Below, one piece after another: positions 39,863 to 50,048 of a stretch of DNA of 64,000 bases; positions within the stretch are counted from its first letter, which is position 1; each line of letters opens with the position of its first letter. A program made the translations under genes and the position numbers. The notes below the pieces were generated by a model. It worked only from the letters and a program-made list of their open reading frames with translations, did no database searches and had not been told where the DNA came from. Source of the DNA: an uncultured cyanobacterium (GTDB lineage: Bacteria; Cyanobacteriota; Cyanobacteriia; Cyanobacteriales; CAWCAG01); the NCBI GenBank assembly GCA_963803805.1, contig CAWDOD010000002.1:608001-672000 (forward strand), in the 5' to 3' direction.

Positions 39863-40864
39863 ATGCAGTTAGTACTTACTAAGTTTAAACTTCCGATATC
39901 CTCTTTATTATTGATTTCTCCTTTCTTCCTTTGGGGAACCGCTATGGTAGCAATGAAAGGAGTTATGCCCCAAACCACCCCCCTATTTTTAGCAGGAGTG
40001 CGTTTGCTACCGGCGGGACTTTTGGTTATTGCCGTTAGTCTCATTTTAGGTCGTCCTCAACCCCGTGGTTGGCAAGCTTGGTTGTGGATTAGCTTTTTTG
40101 CTTTAGTAGATGGAACTTTATTTCAGGGTTTTCTCGCCGAAGGATTAGTTAAGACTAGTGCGGGTTTGGGTTCAGTGATGATTGATTCCCAACCTTTAGC
40201 AGTAGCTTTGCTATCTAGTTGGTTATTTGGAGAAGTAATTGGTATTTGGGGGTGGCTAGGTTTAACTTTTGGTATTTTGGGTATTAGTTTAATCGGTTTG
40301 CCTGACGAATGGATTTGGGGAATTTGGCAAGGAACTGGAGCTGAGATATCATGGAGTCTACAAAGTTTATTGCAAAGTGGTCAGTGGTTAATGCTCTTAG
40401 CAGCACTAGCGATGGCAGTAGGTACGGTAACAATTCGCTTTGTTAGTCGTTATGCTGATCCCATAGCTGCCACAGGCTGGCATCTGGTTTTGGGAGGATT
40501 TCCGTTATTTTTGGGTTCAGGGTTATGGGAATCTGGGCAGTGGATCAATATTGATTCTCAAGGTTGGTTATGCTTAGGTTATGCTACGGTTTTTGGTAGT
40601 GCGATCGCCTACGGTGGATTTTTCTATCTAGCCTCTCGTGGCAATCTTACGAGTATTAGTTCCCTGACTTTTTTAACGCCAGTTTTTGCTTTACTCTTTG
40701 GTAATCTCTTTTTAGCAGAAATCCTCACTCCGATTCAGTCAGTAGGAGTTTGCCTTACTCTTATTAGCATTTATTTGATTAATCAAAGGGAAGAAATTGG
40801 GGTAAAACTAAGTTCATACTTTTCCCAAAAGGAAACAATTAAACCTCCCAGGGCATCTACATAA
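39863..40864 (+). CDS. EamA/DMT family transporter
   Basis: About ten hydrophobic segments, with LWG, RLLPAG and LTPVFAL. Confidence 0.9.
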   Translation: MQLVLTKFKLPISSLLLISPFFLWGTAMVAMKGVMPQTTPLFLAGVRLLPAGLLVIAVSLILGRPQPRGWQAWLWISFFALVDGTLFQGFLAEGLVKTSAGLGSVMIDSQPLAVALLSSWLFGEVIGIWGWLGLTFGILGISLIGLPDEWIWGIWQGTGAEISWSLQSLLQSGQWLMLLAALAMAVGTVTIRFVSRYADPIAATGWHLVLGGFPLFLGSGLWESGQWINIDSQGWLCLGYATVFGSAIAYGGFFYLASRGNLTSISSLTFLTPVFALLFGNLFLAEILTPIQSVGVCLTLISIYLINQREEIGVKLSSYFSQKETIKPPRAST

Positions 40865-41053
40865 TAAGAGGGAGTGACTGCAAGAGGGGAGAAGTAATAA
40901 GCTTTGAATATACTGTTCCCTTTACCCAATGATAAATGATTACCCAAGCAATATGACTAAAGGTTACAGTAGTGGGTAATCTAGAATGGGTGCGCTGATA
41001 ATTGGTAGCACACATCACCAAAAAACTGGCTCAAAACTTCAGCCGGAGAGTTT

Positions 41054-42262
41054 ATGATTCGCTATCGTTTCCCTTTATTAATTGCTACTTGGGCTACTTG
41101 TTTAAGTTTCTCTTCTAGCAATGTTCATAGTCTAAGACCAAATTTGGTTTTGGCAAGTTCACAGCAACTAGAAGGGGAAGTATCTCACAATACCTTAATT
41201 CAAGCCCAAGCACCAAAGGAAGAAGAGAAAGAACAGCAAGAAGCAAAACCAAAACTTTTACAACTAGGGGATCAAGGAGAAGAGGTTAAAAAACTCCAAA
41301 ATCAACTACAAGAACTAGGTTATCTTGAAACAGAACCTGATGGAGAATACAACCTCAAAACCAAGAGTGCGATCGCGCTTTTTCAAGAGAAGGAAGGATT
41401 GAATAATGACGGTGTTGCTGGGGCAGTAACACAAGAGTTAATTATCAAAGCAGTTGCCCAAAAAAAGGCTGAGGAGAAGCAAGATTCTCAGTCGGAAGAA
41501 GCCCCAAGCAAAAGCAGATTTACGAAGAGATCTTTGCTGATAATTGTTGCAGGCTTATTACTTGCAGGAGGCTTGTTAGGGGGCGCTTTAATGCTGCTTC
41601 GCCTCAGAAAAGCTTCCCTTGAAGATTGGGAGGAAGAAACCGAACAAGAGGAGGAGGTAGAAGCATTTCTATCCCAAGAAAATCACAACTTACCTAGTAG
41701 CAATGGTAATGCCGAAAACCACTCTCTACCAAATCCAGTATCTCAAAAGATTTTACAAGTAAGAACACCATCTCCTCTAGCTAAGGTAGATCGGATTGAA
41801 GAATTAATCAAAGACTTACAAGAATCTGATAGAGTTAAACGTCGTCAAGCAATTTGGGAATTAGCACAAAAAGGTGATTCTAGGGCGGTTAAACCTTTAT
41901 CTAATTTGATTATTGACTCTGATTCTCAGCAATGCGGTTTGATTTTAGAAGCCCTTTCCCAGATTAGCACCCGTACTCTCAAACCAGTTAATCGAGCCTT
42001 AGCAATATCCTTGCAGGATGAAAATCCTGAAGTACGCAAAAATGCTATCCGAGATTTGACTAAAGTTTATGACATGGTTAACCAAGTCAATCGCCTTTTA
42101 CAAATGGCTTGCGATGATCCTGATCCTGAAGTACAAGAAACTGCGAGATGGGCGGCACAGAAGTTTGGTAAGTCGCCTATAATATCAGGAGATCAAGATT
42201 TACCTAAGTTTAATAGTTCTATTGATTCTATTGATGCTTTGGAGAGGCGGTTGGAGGAGTAG
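41054..42262 (+). CDS. Peptidoglycan-binding domain + transmembrane helix + HEAT-repeat protein
   Basis: LQLGDQGEEVKKLQ...FQ...DGVAG (PG_binding_1), one TM helix, and HEAT repeats (LQDENPEVRKNA, DDPDPEVQETARWA). Confidence 0.85.
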   Translation: MIRYRFPLLIATWATCLSFSSSNVHSLRPNLVLASSQQLEGEVSHNTLIQAQAPKEEEKEQQEAKPKLLQLGDQGEEVKKLQNQLQELGYLETEPDGEYNLKTKSAIALFQEKEGLNNDGVAGAVTQELIIKAVAQKKAEEKQDSQSEEAPSKSRFTKRSLLIIVAGLLLAGGLLGGALMLLRLRKASLEDWEEETEQEEEVEAFLSQENHNLPSSNGNAENHSLPNPVSQKILQVRTPSPLAKVDRIEELIKDLQESDRVKRRQAIWELAQKGDSRAVKPLSNLIIDSDSQQCGLILEALSQISTRTLKPVNRALAISLQDENPEVRKNAIRDLTKVYDMVNQVNRLLQMACDDPDPEVQETARWAAQKFGKSPIISGDQDLPKFNSSIDSIDALERRLEE

Positions 42263-42278
42263 GTAATTGATAATTAAC

Positions 42279-42842
42279 TTATAGTGTTTTGTTATTGGGT
42301 TGATAGTCTTTTGCTAATAAAGAGAATAACTTTAAATCATGGAACTTACCTTTCCAGAAACCTTTTTCTCTTAAAATACCTTCTAAACTAAAACCTAACT
42401 TCTCTAAAAGCTTACTTGAAGCTATATTTCCTATCATTACATGAGCTTCAAGGCGATTTAATTGTAGGGATTTAAAGCCAAAATCAACTACTTCTGTTAA
42501 AGCTTCAGTCATGATACCTTGTCGCCAATATTTACTAGCTAGTTCATAAACTAATCGACTTTGACAGTTTTGATTATCTATAGAAACATAAGCACAACAA
42601 CCAATAACTTTCTGCTCATCTTTTTTGATAATTACCCAAGGTATTCCCTGTCCCTGATACCAAACATCAAGTCTGGATTGAATAATAAAATCGATTTTTT
42701 CCAGTCCAGTAGTAGTTTCATAAACATGATATTTAGTAACTTGAGGATCGCTAAAGATTGTTTTTATAGCTAGTAGATCATCACGTTGCAGTTCTCTTAA
42801 TTGCAAATTTTCAGTTTCTAGTTGGGGAAAATCACTTATCAT
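42279..42842 (-). CDS. RimJ/RimL family acetyltransferase
   Basis: FPQLETENLQLRE, YWRQGIMTEAL and NIASSKLLEKLGFSLEGILR. Confidence 0.88.
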   Translation of the reverse strand: MISDFPQLETENLQLRELQRDDLLAIKTIFSDPQVTKYHVYETTTGLEKIDFIIQSRLDVWYQGQGIPWVIIKKDEQKVIGCCAYVSIDNQNCQSRLVYELASKYWRQGIMTEALTEVVDFGFKSLQLNRLEAHVMIGNIASSKLLEKLGFSLEGILREKGFWKGKFHDLKLFSLLAKDYQPNNKTL

Positions 42843-42917
42843 TTATCATTAAACGTTAAACACTTCAAGACTACTCCGCTTTATTCACAGCAATTAATCC
42901 CCAAGAAAATTAGGAAT

Positions 42918-43481
42918 ATGGAGACAGTTATCGCCTCAATTATACTATCTCTTTCTACTAACATAGATAATCTTGCTGTGGGTACAGCCTATGGTATCAA
43001 AAAACTAAAGATTGGTCTTTTTGCCAACTTCATAATTGCTGTCCTATCTGGTATTAGCACTTTTGTTTCTATGTCGTTAGGAGAAACAATTAATCATTTT
43101 TTATCTCCAAATTTAGCCCATGAATTTGGTAGTTTTCTTCTAATCTTAATCGGTTTAATTACCATTAGCAAGATTGTGCAAAAACGCTTTAATCAAGAAA
43201 GTCTTGTGGATAATCTTGCTGATAAAAATATAACTTGGCAAGAAGCCACTACATTAGGATTAGCTCTAACTGTTACTAACTTAGGAACAGGAATAGGAGC
43301 AGGAATTGCTCAATTAAGTTTAATTTTAACTAGTTGTTTGAGTTTTACTTCTAGTTTGTTAATGATAGGAGGAGGAGAATTTATCGGCCGAGCATTCGCT
43401 ACTTATTATTCTGGCAGAAAGTTAGAGCTAGTTTCTGGGGTTCTATTAATCTTCCTAGGTATTTATGAATACCTGATTTGA
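42918..43481 (+). CDS. MntP/YtaF family membrane protein (possible Mn efflux)
   Basis: LSTNIDNLAVGTAYG and LGLALTVTNLGTGIGAG. It reads on the + strand although the ORF track labels it '-'. Confidence 0.8.
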   Translation: METVIASIILSLSTNIDNLAVGTAYGIKKLKIGLFANFIIAVLSGISTFVSMSLGETINHFLSPNLAHEFGSFLLILIGLITISKIVQKRFNQESLVDNLADKNITWQEATTLGLALTVTNLGTGIGAGIAQLSLILTSCLSFTSSLLMIGGGEFIGRAFATYYSGRKLELVSGVLLIFLGIYEYLI

Positions 43482-43546
43482 CAAACTTATTTATCAGTTA
43501 AGCTATTAAGACATAACTGAGCATCAGTATGTTGATGATCTTAAGT

Positions 43547-44596
43547 TCATTTTTGACAAAGTAATAAACCAAACCAACGATGTTCATCTGTCCAAGCCTG
43601 TAAAGACTTTAAGCCTTGACAAGACAAATATTGCTGCATTTCTTCTAAACTAAACTTACGAGATATTTCTGTTAGAATAGTTTCTTCTTCCTCAAATTCT
43701 ACTTCTAAATTGAGACTTTCTAAGTAAACTTTTTGCCTGGCTTCACTAACCAAATAAAGTTCTATTTGTGATTCTTCCCTATTATAAATAGCGCGATGGG
43801 CAAACTTATTAACTTCAAAATTGCCGCGAAAACGCCAGTTCAAATGGCGCAGCATATTAAAATTAAATTCTGCTGTTATACCTTGACTATCATTGTAAGC
43901 AGCTTCAAGAACTTCTTGAGGTTTTTGTAAGTCGATACCTAAGAGAAAATAATCTCCTGGTTCTAAAGAATTATTCACTTTTTCTAAGAAAAGATTGCAC
44001 TCTTCAGGACTCAAATTACCTAAAGTACTGCCTAAGAAAAAAACCAAACGGCTAGGAAAAGAAGTGGCATTAAGTTTGCCTAAAGCTTGTTCGTAGGTAG
44101 CAACTAAGCCTTCTATTTGCAAGGAAGTATAATCTTGCAGTAATTGCCTAGCACTATGTTCTAATATCTCTGCACTAACATCAATGGGTATGTAGCGCAA
44201 ACTAGGGCTTAATTCTTGGTAAGCATCTAATAAGAAACGAGTTTTGGTAGAACTACCACTGCCTAATTCTACTAACTCACAAGCCCCCGTTATACGAGCA
44301 ATTTCTGGGGCATATTGCTTTAATAAAGAGGCTTCAGTACGGGTTAAATAGTATTCAGGTAATTCACAAATTTTCTCAAATAGTTGTGAGCCAACTTCAT
44401 CATAAAAATAGCGAGGAGAAAGTGATTTTGGAGTTTCACTTAACCCTGCTATAACATCTTTTCCGTCCTCTACCTTTAGTTCTAAATCAGGGGTAAGTAA
44501 ATATCTAACTTTGAGACGATCTTTTTGTTCAGCTAAGCTTGAACTAATGAACTCAGGGGGGTTGGTATTTTCTTTAGCACTCTGATAAGTTGACAT
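43547..44596 (-). CDS. egtD: L-histidine N(alpha)-methyltransferase (ergothioneine pathway)
   Basis: YFYDEVGSQLFEKICELPEYYLTRTE, ELGSGSSTKT, AYNDSQGITAEFN and TEISRKF. Confidence 0.93.
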   Translation of the reverse strand: MSTYQSAKENTNPPEFISSSLAEQKDRLKVRYLLTPDLELKVEDGKDVIAGLSETPKSLSPRYFYDEVGSQLFEKICELPEYYLTRTEASLLKQYAPEIARITGACELVELGSGSSTKTRFLLDAYQELSPSLRYIPIDVSAEILEHSARQLLQDYTSLQIEGLVATYEQALGKLNATSFPSRLVFFLGSTLGNLSPEECNLFLEKVNNSLEPGDYFLLGIDLQKPQEVLEAAYNDSQGITAEFNFNMLRHLNWRFRGNFEVNKFAHRAIYNREESQIELYLVSEARQKVYLESLNLEVEFEEEETILTEISRKFSLEEMQQYLSCQGLKSLQAWTDEHRWFGLLLCQK

Positions 44597-44674
44597 CTTT
44601 AATGTATTTTAAGTTGTTGGCTATTGGTCGTCGCTAAGTACAACTCTATTAACTGTACAACTTATTAACGCTCA

Positions 44675-44801
44675 TAAGCTGTCAGGCATTTAATTTACTT
44701 ATTAGGTTTGATGGGGAGATAGGGGGATAGGGAGATGGGGGAAGGGTTTTAGGGCTGATTTCCTAGTTGAGTAATACACAGTTTAAATGCACATCAGCTT
44801 A
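44675..44801. mobile_element. 127-bp MITE-like element with imperfect terminal inverted repeats
   Basis: Left end TAAGCTGtcagGCATTTAA. The right end reverse-complements to TAAGCTGatgtGCATTTAA. The interior carries purine-rich short repeats. Confidence 0.7.
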
Positions 44802-44866
44802 GGCTATTAAACATTCTAAAAGTAAGAAACTAAAGTATTATCCCTCATTACCTATTACAAGCTTAC

Positions 44867-45691
44867 CTATTGCTTATTCCCCAGCCATTCTTGAAGTTGT
44901 ACTAATTCTTCTTGAGGCATATTGCGGAGATTTTCCACAGCAGGAAAAGTGCTTTTTTCTACATCATGCTGGTAGCTTTTAATAGTTTCTAAAGTAAGAG
45001 TTTGATAGTCTTGGTACTTTTTGGCTAATCTTAGTTTCCGGGGAGTAATACCTAAAATATCGTTGACAATTAGAACTTGACCATCTGTAAATCGGCCAGA
45101 ACCAATGCCAATGGTAGGAATTTGTAACTTGTTGGTGATAACTTGCCCTAACTCTTCAGGAACTAACTCCAATACCAACATGAATATTCCTAGTTTTTCT
45201 AATTGAATTGCATTAGAGATTATTTCTTTTGCCTGGTCAAAATTTTTGCCTTGAACAGCTTTTTTCTGGTGAGTTTGAGGCATTAAACCAAGATGTCCAC
45301 AAACTTGAATATTTTCTTTAATTAAGCATTCAATAACATCCTTTCTTAGCCCTTCTAATTTAACACAATCAGCCCCATTTTCTACTAACCTCTGGGCATT
45401 TTCTAAAGCTTGCTGAGGAGTTTCATAGGATTTGTAGGGTAAGTCAGCGAGAAGGTAACTTTCTTTCACTCCTCGACGTACTGCCTTAAGATGATGAACA
45501 ATATCAGACATCGTTACCTGGGTTTCATCTTCGTAACCAAGAATATTGGTTCCTACACTATCCCCAACAAAGATGACATCTATTCCTGCATAGTCTTCTA
45601 AAATTGCGGTAGGGTAGTCATAACAGGTTAAGGCAGTGATTTTTTGCTGTTGTAGTTTTTTCTGTTGTAGAGACTCTGGAGTTTTCTTCAT
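44867..45691 (-). CDS. panB: 3-methyl-2-oxobutanoate hydroxymethyltransferase
   Basis: TCYDY, VGDSVG, VKLEG, GHLGLMPQ and PTIGIGSG. Confidence 0.93.
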   Translation of the reverse strand: MKKTPESLQQKKLQQQKITALTCYDYPTAILEDYAGIDVIFVGDSVGTNILGYEDETQVTMSDIVHHLKAVRRGVKESYLLADLPYKSYETPQQALENAQRLVENGADCVKLEGLRKDVIECLIKENIQVCGHLGLMPQTHQKKAVQGKNFDQAKEIISNAIQLEKLGIFMLVLELVPEELGQVITNKLQIPTIGIGSGRFTDGQVLIVNDILGITPRKLRLAKKYQDYQTLTLETIKSYQHDVEKSTFPAVENLRNMPQEELVQLQEWLGNKQ

Positions 45692-45725
45692 CTAAAGGTA
45701 TTCGAGCAAATTTTAGTTCGGTTGC

Positions 45726-46355
45726 CTATTGGTTATCTAAAGGAAACAGTTGGGGTAAAAGTAAGCCTGAATCAGCTTTGTATGTTTCAAATTCGGGGTA
45801 GCGCGATAGAGAAGTGTCTTTTTTCTGCATATTGGGGACAAAGACTGTGATGGCGAAAAAGCCGAGAATAACGAAAGGAAGCCAATGTTGCGCCAGTAAA
45901 GCAAAGCCCGTGTAAATAAAAATTTCTCCCAAGTAATTGGTATTGCGACAACGGGCAAAGAAACCTTCTGTGATTAAACCTTGTCTATATTTTAAGGTAA
46001 AGTATTTTTGAGCATCGCTGCCGTAATGGAGAAATACGCCGATTATATTAATTGCGATCGCGAAAGCAATTAAGGGTGGTGGGGGTTCTGAACCATTGCT
46101 AATAAGTAGGAACGGTGCTACCCAATATAAACCTAAAACCAAGAAAGCAATCGGACTTAGCCACAAGGGAATTTTCTGTTCCCATCGAGAATCAGGATAA
46201 ATTTTATCTTTCAATAACCACAGGAAACCATAAGTGCCGTGGAGGGCAAGATAAACCCAAGGGGCAATGGTGAAATTTTGGTAAAGGCACATCCAGCCTA
46301 AAACGATCAAGAAGGTAAGTCCTTTGTGCAAATTAATGATATGTTTGATTTTCAT
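45726..46355 (-). CDS. DUF1295 / steroid reductase / ICMT-like membrane protein
   Basis: SDAQK, GLITEGFFARCRNTNYLGE and several TM helices. Confidence 0.8.
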   Translation of the reverse strand: MKIKHIINLHKGLTFLIVLGWMCLYQNFTIAPWVYLALHGTYGFLWLLKDKIYPDSRWEQKIPLWLSPIAFLVLGLYWVAPFLLISNGSEPPPPLIAFAIAINIIGVFLHYGSDAQKYFTLKYRQGLITEGFFARCRNTNYLGEIFIYTGFALLAQHWLPFVILGFFAITVFVPNMQKKDTSLSRYPEFETYKADSGLLLPQLFPLDNQ

Positions 46356-46842
46356 AGATAGAGTGATTAGTCCGTTCTATTTAATTGATGTGCAAAGCAA
46401 TGCTAAAGGGAACCTAAAATTTCTAGCTCTCGTCAAATTCAACGATATTGTTCACTAAAGAAATGTAGCTTTGTTAAGTTGTTAAGACCAGGAAGGGACT
46501 TCAGGGATCAAAAACTCTTCTTATCAAAAATGTTTGGCGTACGACCTTTGACTCTAATTAAGACAATTGAAGAAATCAAACCGCCCTCTATTCTCAACAT
46601 TCCTTTGATTTCACCCGATTATTTCTCTAAATCCTTACTATCACTATCTTCTATTTCCTTCTCTAAAGGATAAATGAAAATTAGTTGAATTCACCTCACT
46701 TGGGTTAATATATTTAAGCTTTATCATCATAAGTAAAAAGGGCAGATACAACTTGTCATCAGAATAACTTCAGCGTAGACAAACTACTCACCGATTTTAT
46801 CTTTAAATTAGTCATTTTCCACTTTTTTTGCGAATTGCTAAC

Positions 46843-48414
46843 ATGAGAATTCCTCTTATCGCTAAGTTCCAAATCTTAAAAATTTACTGGTTCTTACTGA
46901 CCCTTGGTTCTATTTTATTTCTCTCCTCTCCTGCTGAAGCCGGAAGACTAGTGAGATGGAATTTTGACCGTACTCAAAACCGCTTAGAATTCAAAACTAA
47001 CGATCGGGTTCAACCTCAAGCACAATTGATTTTTAACCCTACTCGTTTAGTGATTGACTTACCGGGAACCACATTAGGACAGCAAACAGTTAACCAATCT
47101 GTAGGAGGTACAATTCGTCAAATTAGAGTTGGTCAATTTAATGATTCTACTGCCCGTATCGTAGTAGAACTTGCACCAGGATATACCATCGATCCACAAA
47201 AGGTTGAGTTTCGAGGTGCTGACCCTACTCAATGGTTTGTCACCTTACCTACTCCCCAAAGGATATCTCAACAACCAACGCCAACACCATCGCCATCGCC
47301 ATCGCCATCTCCTTCCCCCACCCCAACCCAAAGCCTTCCTGCTTCTGCTTTTCAAGTTACCAGTAATGGTTTAGTGGTTGCTTTAGGAGGGCAAAAATTA
47401 GATGAAGACGATATTAGAATTAAACCCAATCGCCGTCGCGGTTTAGTAGAAATTGACCTCAGAGGAATTACTTTACCTGATAGTTTAGTAGGCAAAGCTA
47501 CTTCCGTTACTAGCGATGTCGTTAATCAAATCCAATTTAGCCAAGAATCAGAAAACCTAGCCCGCCTCACCCTCCAAGTTCCTCAAGATAGTCCAGAATG
47601 GAATGCTTTTTTCAGCAATAGATTAGACAGTTTGCTGATCATACCAAGGGGAGGAGGAAACTTTGAACCAACAACCTTAGTAGTTCCTTCTGAAGATAAC
47701 TCTACTGAACCCGTAGTAAGCAACCCCGATGGCGATATTTCTGTTCCTCCCCCTGACTCTAACCAAGTACCAAGCCCACCCACACTACCTCCGACAACCC
47801 CGGTTCCACCAATCAGAAAGGACGGTAGAGTACTTGTAACCATCGATCCTGGTCATGGAGGAAAAGATCCTGGTGCTATTGGTATTGGCGGACTAAGGGA
47901 AGTAGATGTAGTTTTACCTATCTCCCTAGAGATGACTGAGATGTTGAACCAAAATGGTGTACAAGTACAATTAACTCGCAACGCAGATTACTTTGTTACC
48001 CTCGCAGGACGCACCCAACTAGCTAATCGCGTCGGTTCTGATCTTTTTGTCAGCATCCATGCTAATGCCGCCCCTGGGGGACGTGCAGGAGCAAATGGGG
48101 TAGAAACTTTTTATTATAGTAGTGGCCGCACCCTAGCAGCAGCGATTCAAAATTCCATTATGGAAAGGTTTGATATGAATAATCGGGGTGTTAAACAGGC
48201 CAGATTTTATGTGCTTAGGACTTCGAGGATGCCTTCTGCTTTAGTAGAGGTAGGTTTTGTGACAGGAGATGAAGACTCACGGGTACTCGCTAACACTGCT
48301 TGTCGCACAGAAATGGCTAAGGCGATCGCGGTAGGAATTTTACGTTACAGTCGTATTCAAGAACCCTATACCGGGGTTGAGGTGGATGATTCGAGTTGTC
48401 CTGCTATTAAGTGA
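46843..48414 (+). CDS. N-acetylmuramoyl-L-alanine amidase (AMIN domains + Amidase_3), AmiC-like
   Basis: PTRLVIDLPG, IRVGQF, IDPGHGGKDPGA, FVSIHAN and LVEVGF, with P/S/T-rich linkers. Confidence 0.93.
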   Translation: MRIPLIAKFQILKIYWFLLTLGSILFLSSPAEAGRLVRWNFDRTQNRLEFKTNDRVQPQAQLIFNPTRLVIDLPGTTLGQQTVNQSVGGTIRQIRVGQFNDSTARIVVELAPGYTIDPQKVEFRGADPTQWFVTLPTPQRISQQPTPTPSPSPSPSPSPTPTQSLPASAFQVTSNGLVVALGGQKLDEDDIRIKPNRRRGLVEIDLRGITLPDSLVGKATSVTSDVVNQIQFSQESENLARLTLQVPQDSPEWNAFFSNRLDSLLIIPRGGGNFEPTTLVVPSEDNSTEPVVSNPDGDISVPPPDSNQVPSPPTLPPTTPVPPIRKDGRVLVTIDPGHGGKDPGAIGIGGLREVDVVLPISLEMTEMLNQNGVQVQLTRNADYFVTLAGRTQLANRVGSDLFVSIHANAAPGGRAGANGVETFYYSSGRTLAAAIQNSIMERFDMNNRGVKQARFYVLRTSRMPSALVEVGFVTGDEDSRVLANTACRTEMAKAIAVGILRYSRIQEPYTGVEVDDSSCPAIK

Positions 48415-48472
48415 TTAAGAAGGGGGTAGGGACTGGGAGTGGGTAGCAGGGAATAGTACATTCTTTAACTTA

Positions 48473-49942
48473 TTACTTATTCCTGGAAATTCCGGTGTTG
48501 TAAATTTTCTCGTTAGCTTGGACTGATTTGGCTAAATCCACCACAGGGTGAGGATAATCAACGCCGATCATCACTCCACAGCGTTTTTGTTCTTCGGGTG
48601 AAAGTTGCCAGGGTTGATGCACTTGATTAACGGGTACTTCTTGTAACTCAGGTAGCCAATGCTTAACGTACTTACCTTGAGGATCGTAATCTTTGGACTG
48701 TTTGAGAATATTGAAGTAACGAAAACCACGGGCATCATTACCCACACCAGCAACGTAATTCCAGTTACCCCAGTTACTGCAAACATCGTAGTCGATGAGA
48801 ACAGATTCAAACCATTCTGCTCCCATTTGCCAATTTATACCCAGGTTTTTGGTGAGGAAACTAGCTACGTTTTGTCTGCCTCGGTTGGACATAAAACCTG
48901 TTGCTGCTAATTCTCGCATATTCGCATCTACTAAAGGAAAGCCTGTTTTTCCTTCCCGCCAGAGGTGGAAGCGTTGCCAATCTTCTTGCCAAGGAATATT
49001 GATGCCCTGTAAACCAAATTTATAAAAAATGCGATCGCCGTGTTTAGCACAAATGAAGCGAAAGTAGTCACGCCATAATAATTCAAAAATCAGCCAATAG
49101 GTAGAGTCGTTAGCAACCCTTTGTTCTTCATATTTTTTGACTTCTGCATAGATATAGCGAGGAGACAAGCTACCGCTAGCTAACCAAGGAGAGAATTTAG
49201 AAGAATAGTCTGCCCCTAACATACCGTTTCTGGTTTTTTTGTAAGAACGCAAAAGGTCTTTTTCCCAAAAGTACTCTGCCAATCTTGCTTTACCCGCAGT
49301 TTCTCCCCCTTGAAATGGCAATACGGCTTTGCTATCAATGGGGGTGGGCTGTAACCCTAGACTTTCTAGGTTGGGTATTTCTCCTATGGCAATATTAGGT
49401 AGAGGAGGTAACTTTTGGGGTATGGCTACGGGAGGACGAACAGAAGCTGATTTTTCAATTTTTTTGCGAAACTGAGTAAAGATTTCCGGAAGATAATTGA
49501 TGTGAAAAGGTAAATCTTTGGGGTGAAAAAGAGTAGCTATGGTATAGGTTTTAATTTCTACTTGTAGAGAGGTTAAAGCTTTTTTCAAGGCTTTTTCTAC
49601 AGCTATTTCTTCGGCAGTAACTTCTTGATGGAAATGAACCGTAGAGATAGAAAATTTCTTTACTAAAGCAGGAATAATTTCTTCTGGTAAACCGCGAAGT
49701 ATAACTAAATTGCTGTGGTGCGATCGCCATGATTTCCTTAAATCAGTTAAACTTTCTAAAAGAAATTGGGCGCGGAAAGAACCAGTTTTAGGGAAGCCAA
49801 AGGATGTTGTAGTAAATTGCCGAGGGTCGAAGCAATAAAGAGGGATTAATTGAGATGTTTCTGCTTCAGTCTCAATAGTTTTTAAAGGTGGATAATCCCC
49901 CATCCGTAAGTCGTTACGATACCAAATTAAGTGAGTTTTCAT
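48473..49942 (-). CDS. Cryptochrome DASH
   Basis: WYRNDLR, YKKTRNGMLGADYSSKFSPWLA, TGFMSNRGRQNVASFL and GVGNDAR. Confidence 0.93.
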   Translation of the reverse strand: MKTHLIWYRNDLRMGDYPPLKTIETEAETSQLIPLYCFDPRQFTTTSFGFPKTGSFRAQFLLESLTDLRKSWRSHHSNLVILRGLPEEIIPALVKKFSISTVHFHQEVTAEEIAVEKALKKALTSLQVEIKTYTIATLFHPKDLPFHINYLPEIFTQFRKKIEKSASVRPPVAIPQKLPPLPNIAIGEIPNLESLGLQPTPIDSKAVLPFQGGETAGKARLAEYFWEKDLLRSYKKTRNGMLGADYSSKFSPWLASGSLSPRYIYAEVKKYEEQRVANDSTYWLIFELLWRDYFRFICAKHGDRIFYKFGLQGINIPWQEDWQRFHLWREGKTGFPLVDANMRELAATGFMSNRGRQNVASFLTKNLGINWQMGAEWFESVLIDYDVCSNWGNWNYVAGVGNDARGFRYFNILKQSKDYDPQGKYVKHWLPELQEVPVNQVHQPWQLSPEEQKRCGVMIGVDYPHPVVDLAKSVQANEKIYNTGISRNK

Positions 49943-50048
49943 TAATGTAGAGCAGGAGACTGGGGGGAAGTAATAAGTAATAAGTTTTGAAAATACTGTT
50001 TCCTATTCCCTTTAATGCAACTAGCAACTAGCAACTAGCCATTAGCTA

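Noticed and set aside
42822-43481. ORF track lists this 219-aa ORF on the minus strand
   Set aside because: The given peptide reads on the + strand (TTG GGG AAA ATC at 42822, TGA at 43479-43481). I annotated it as +, starting at the ATG at 42918.
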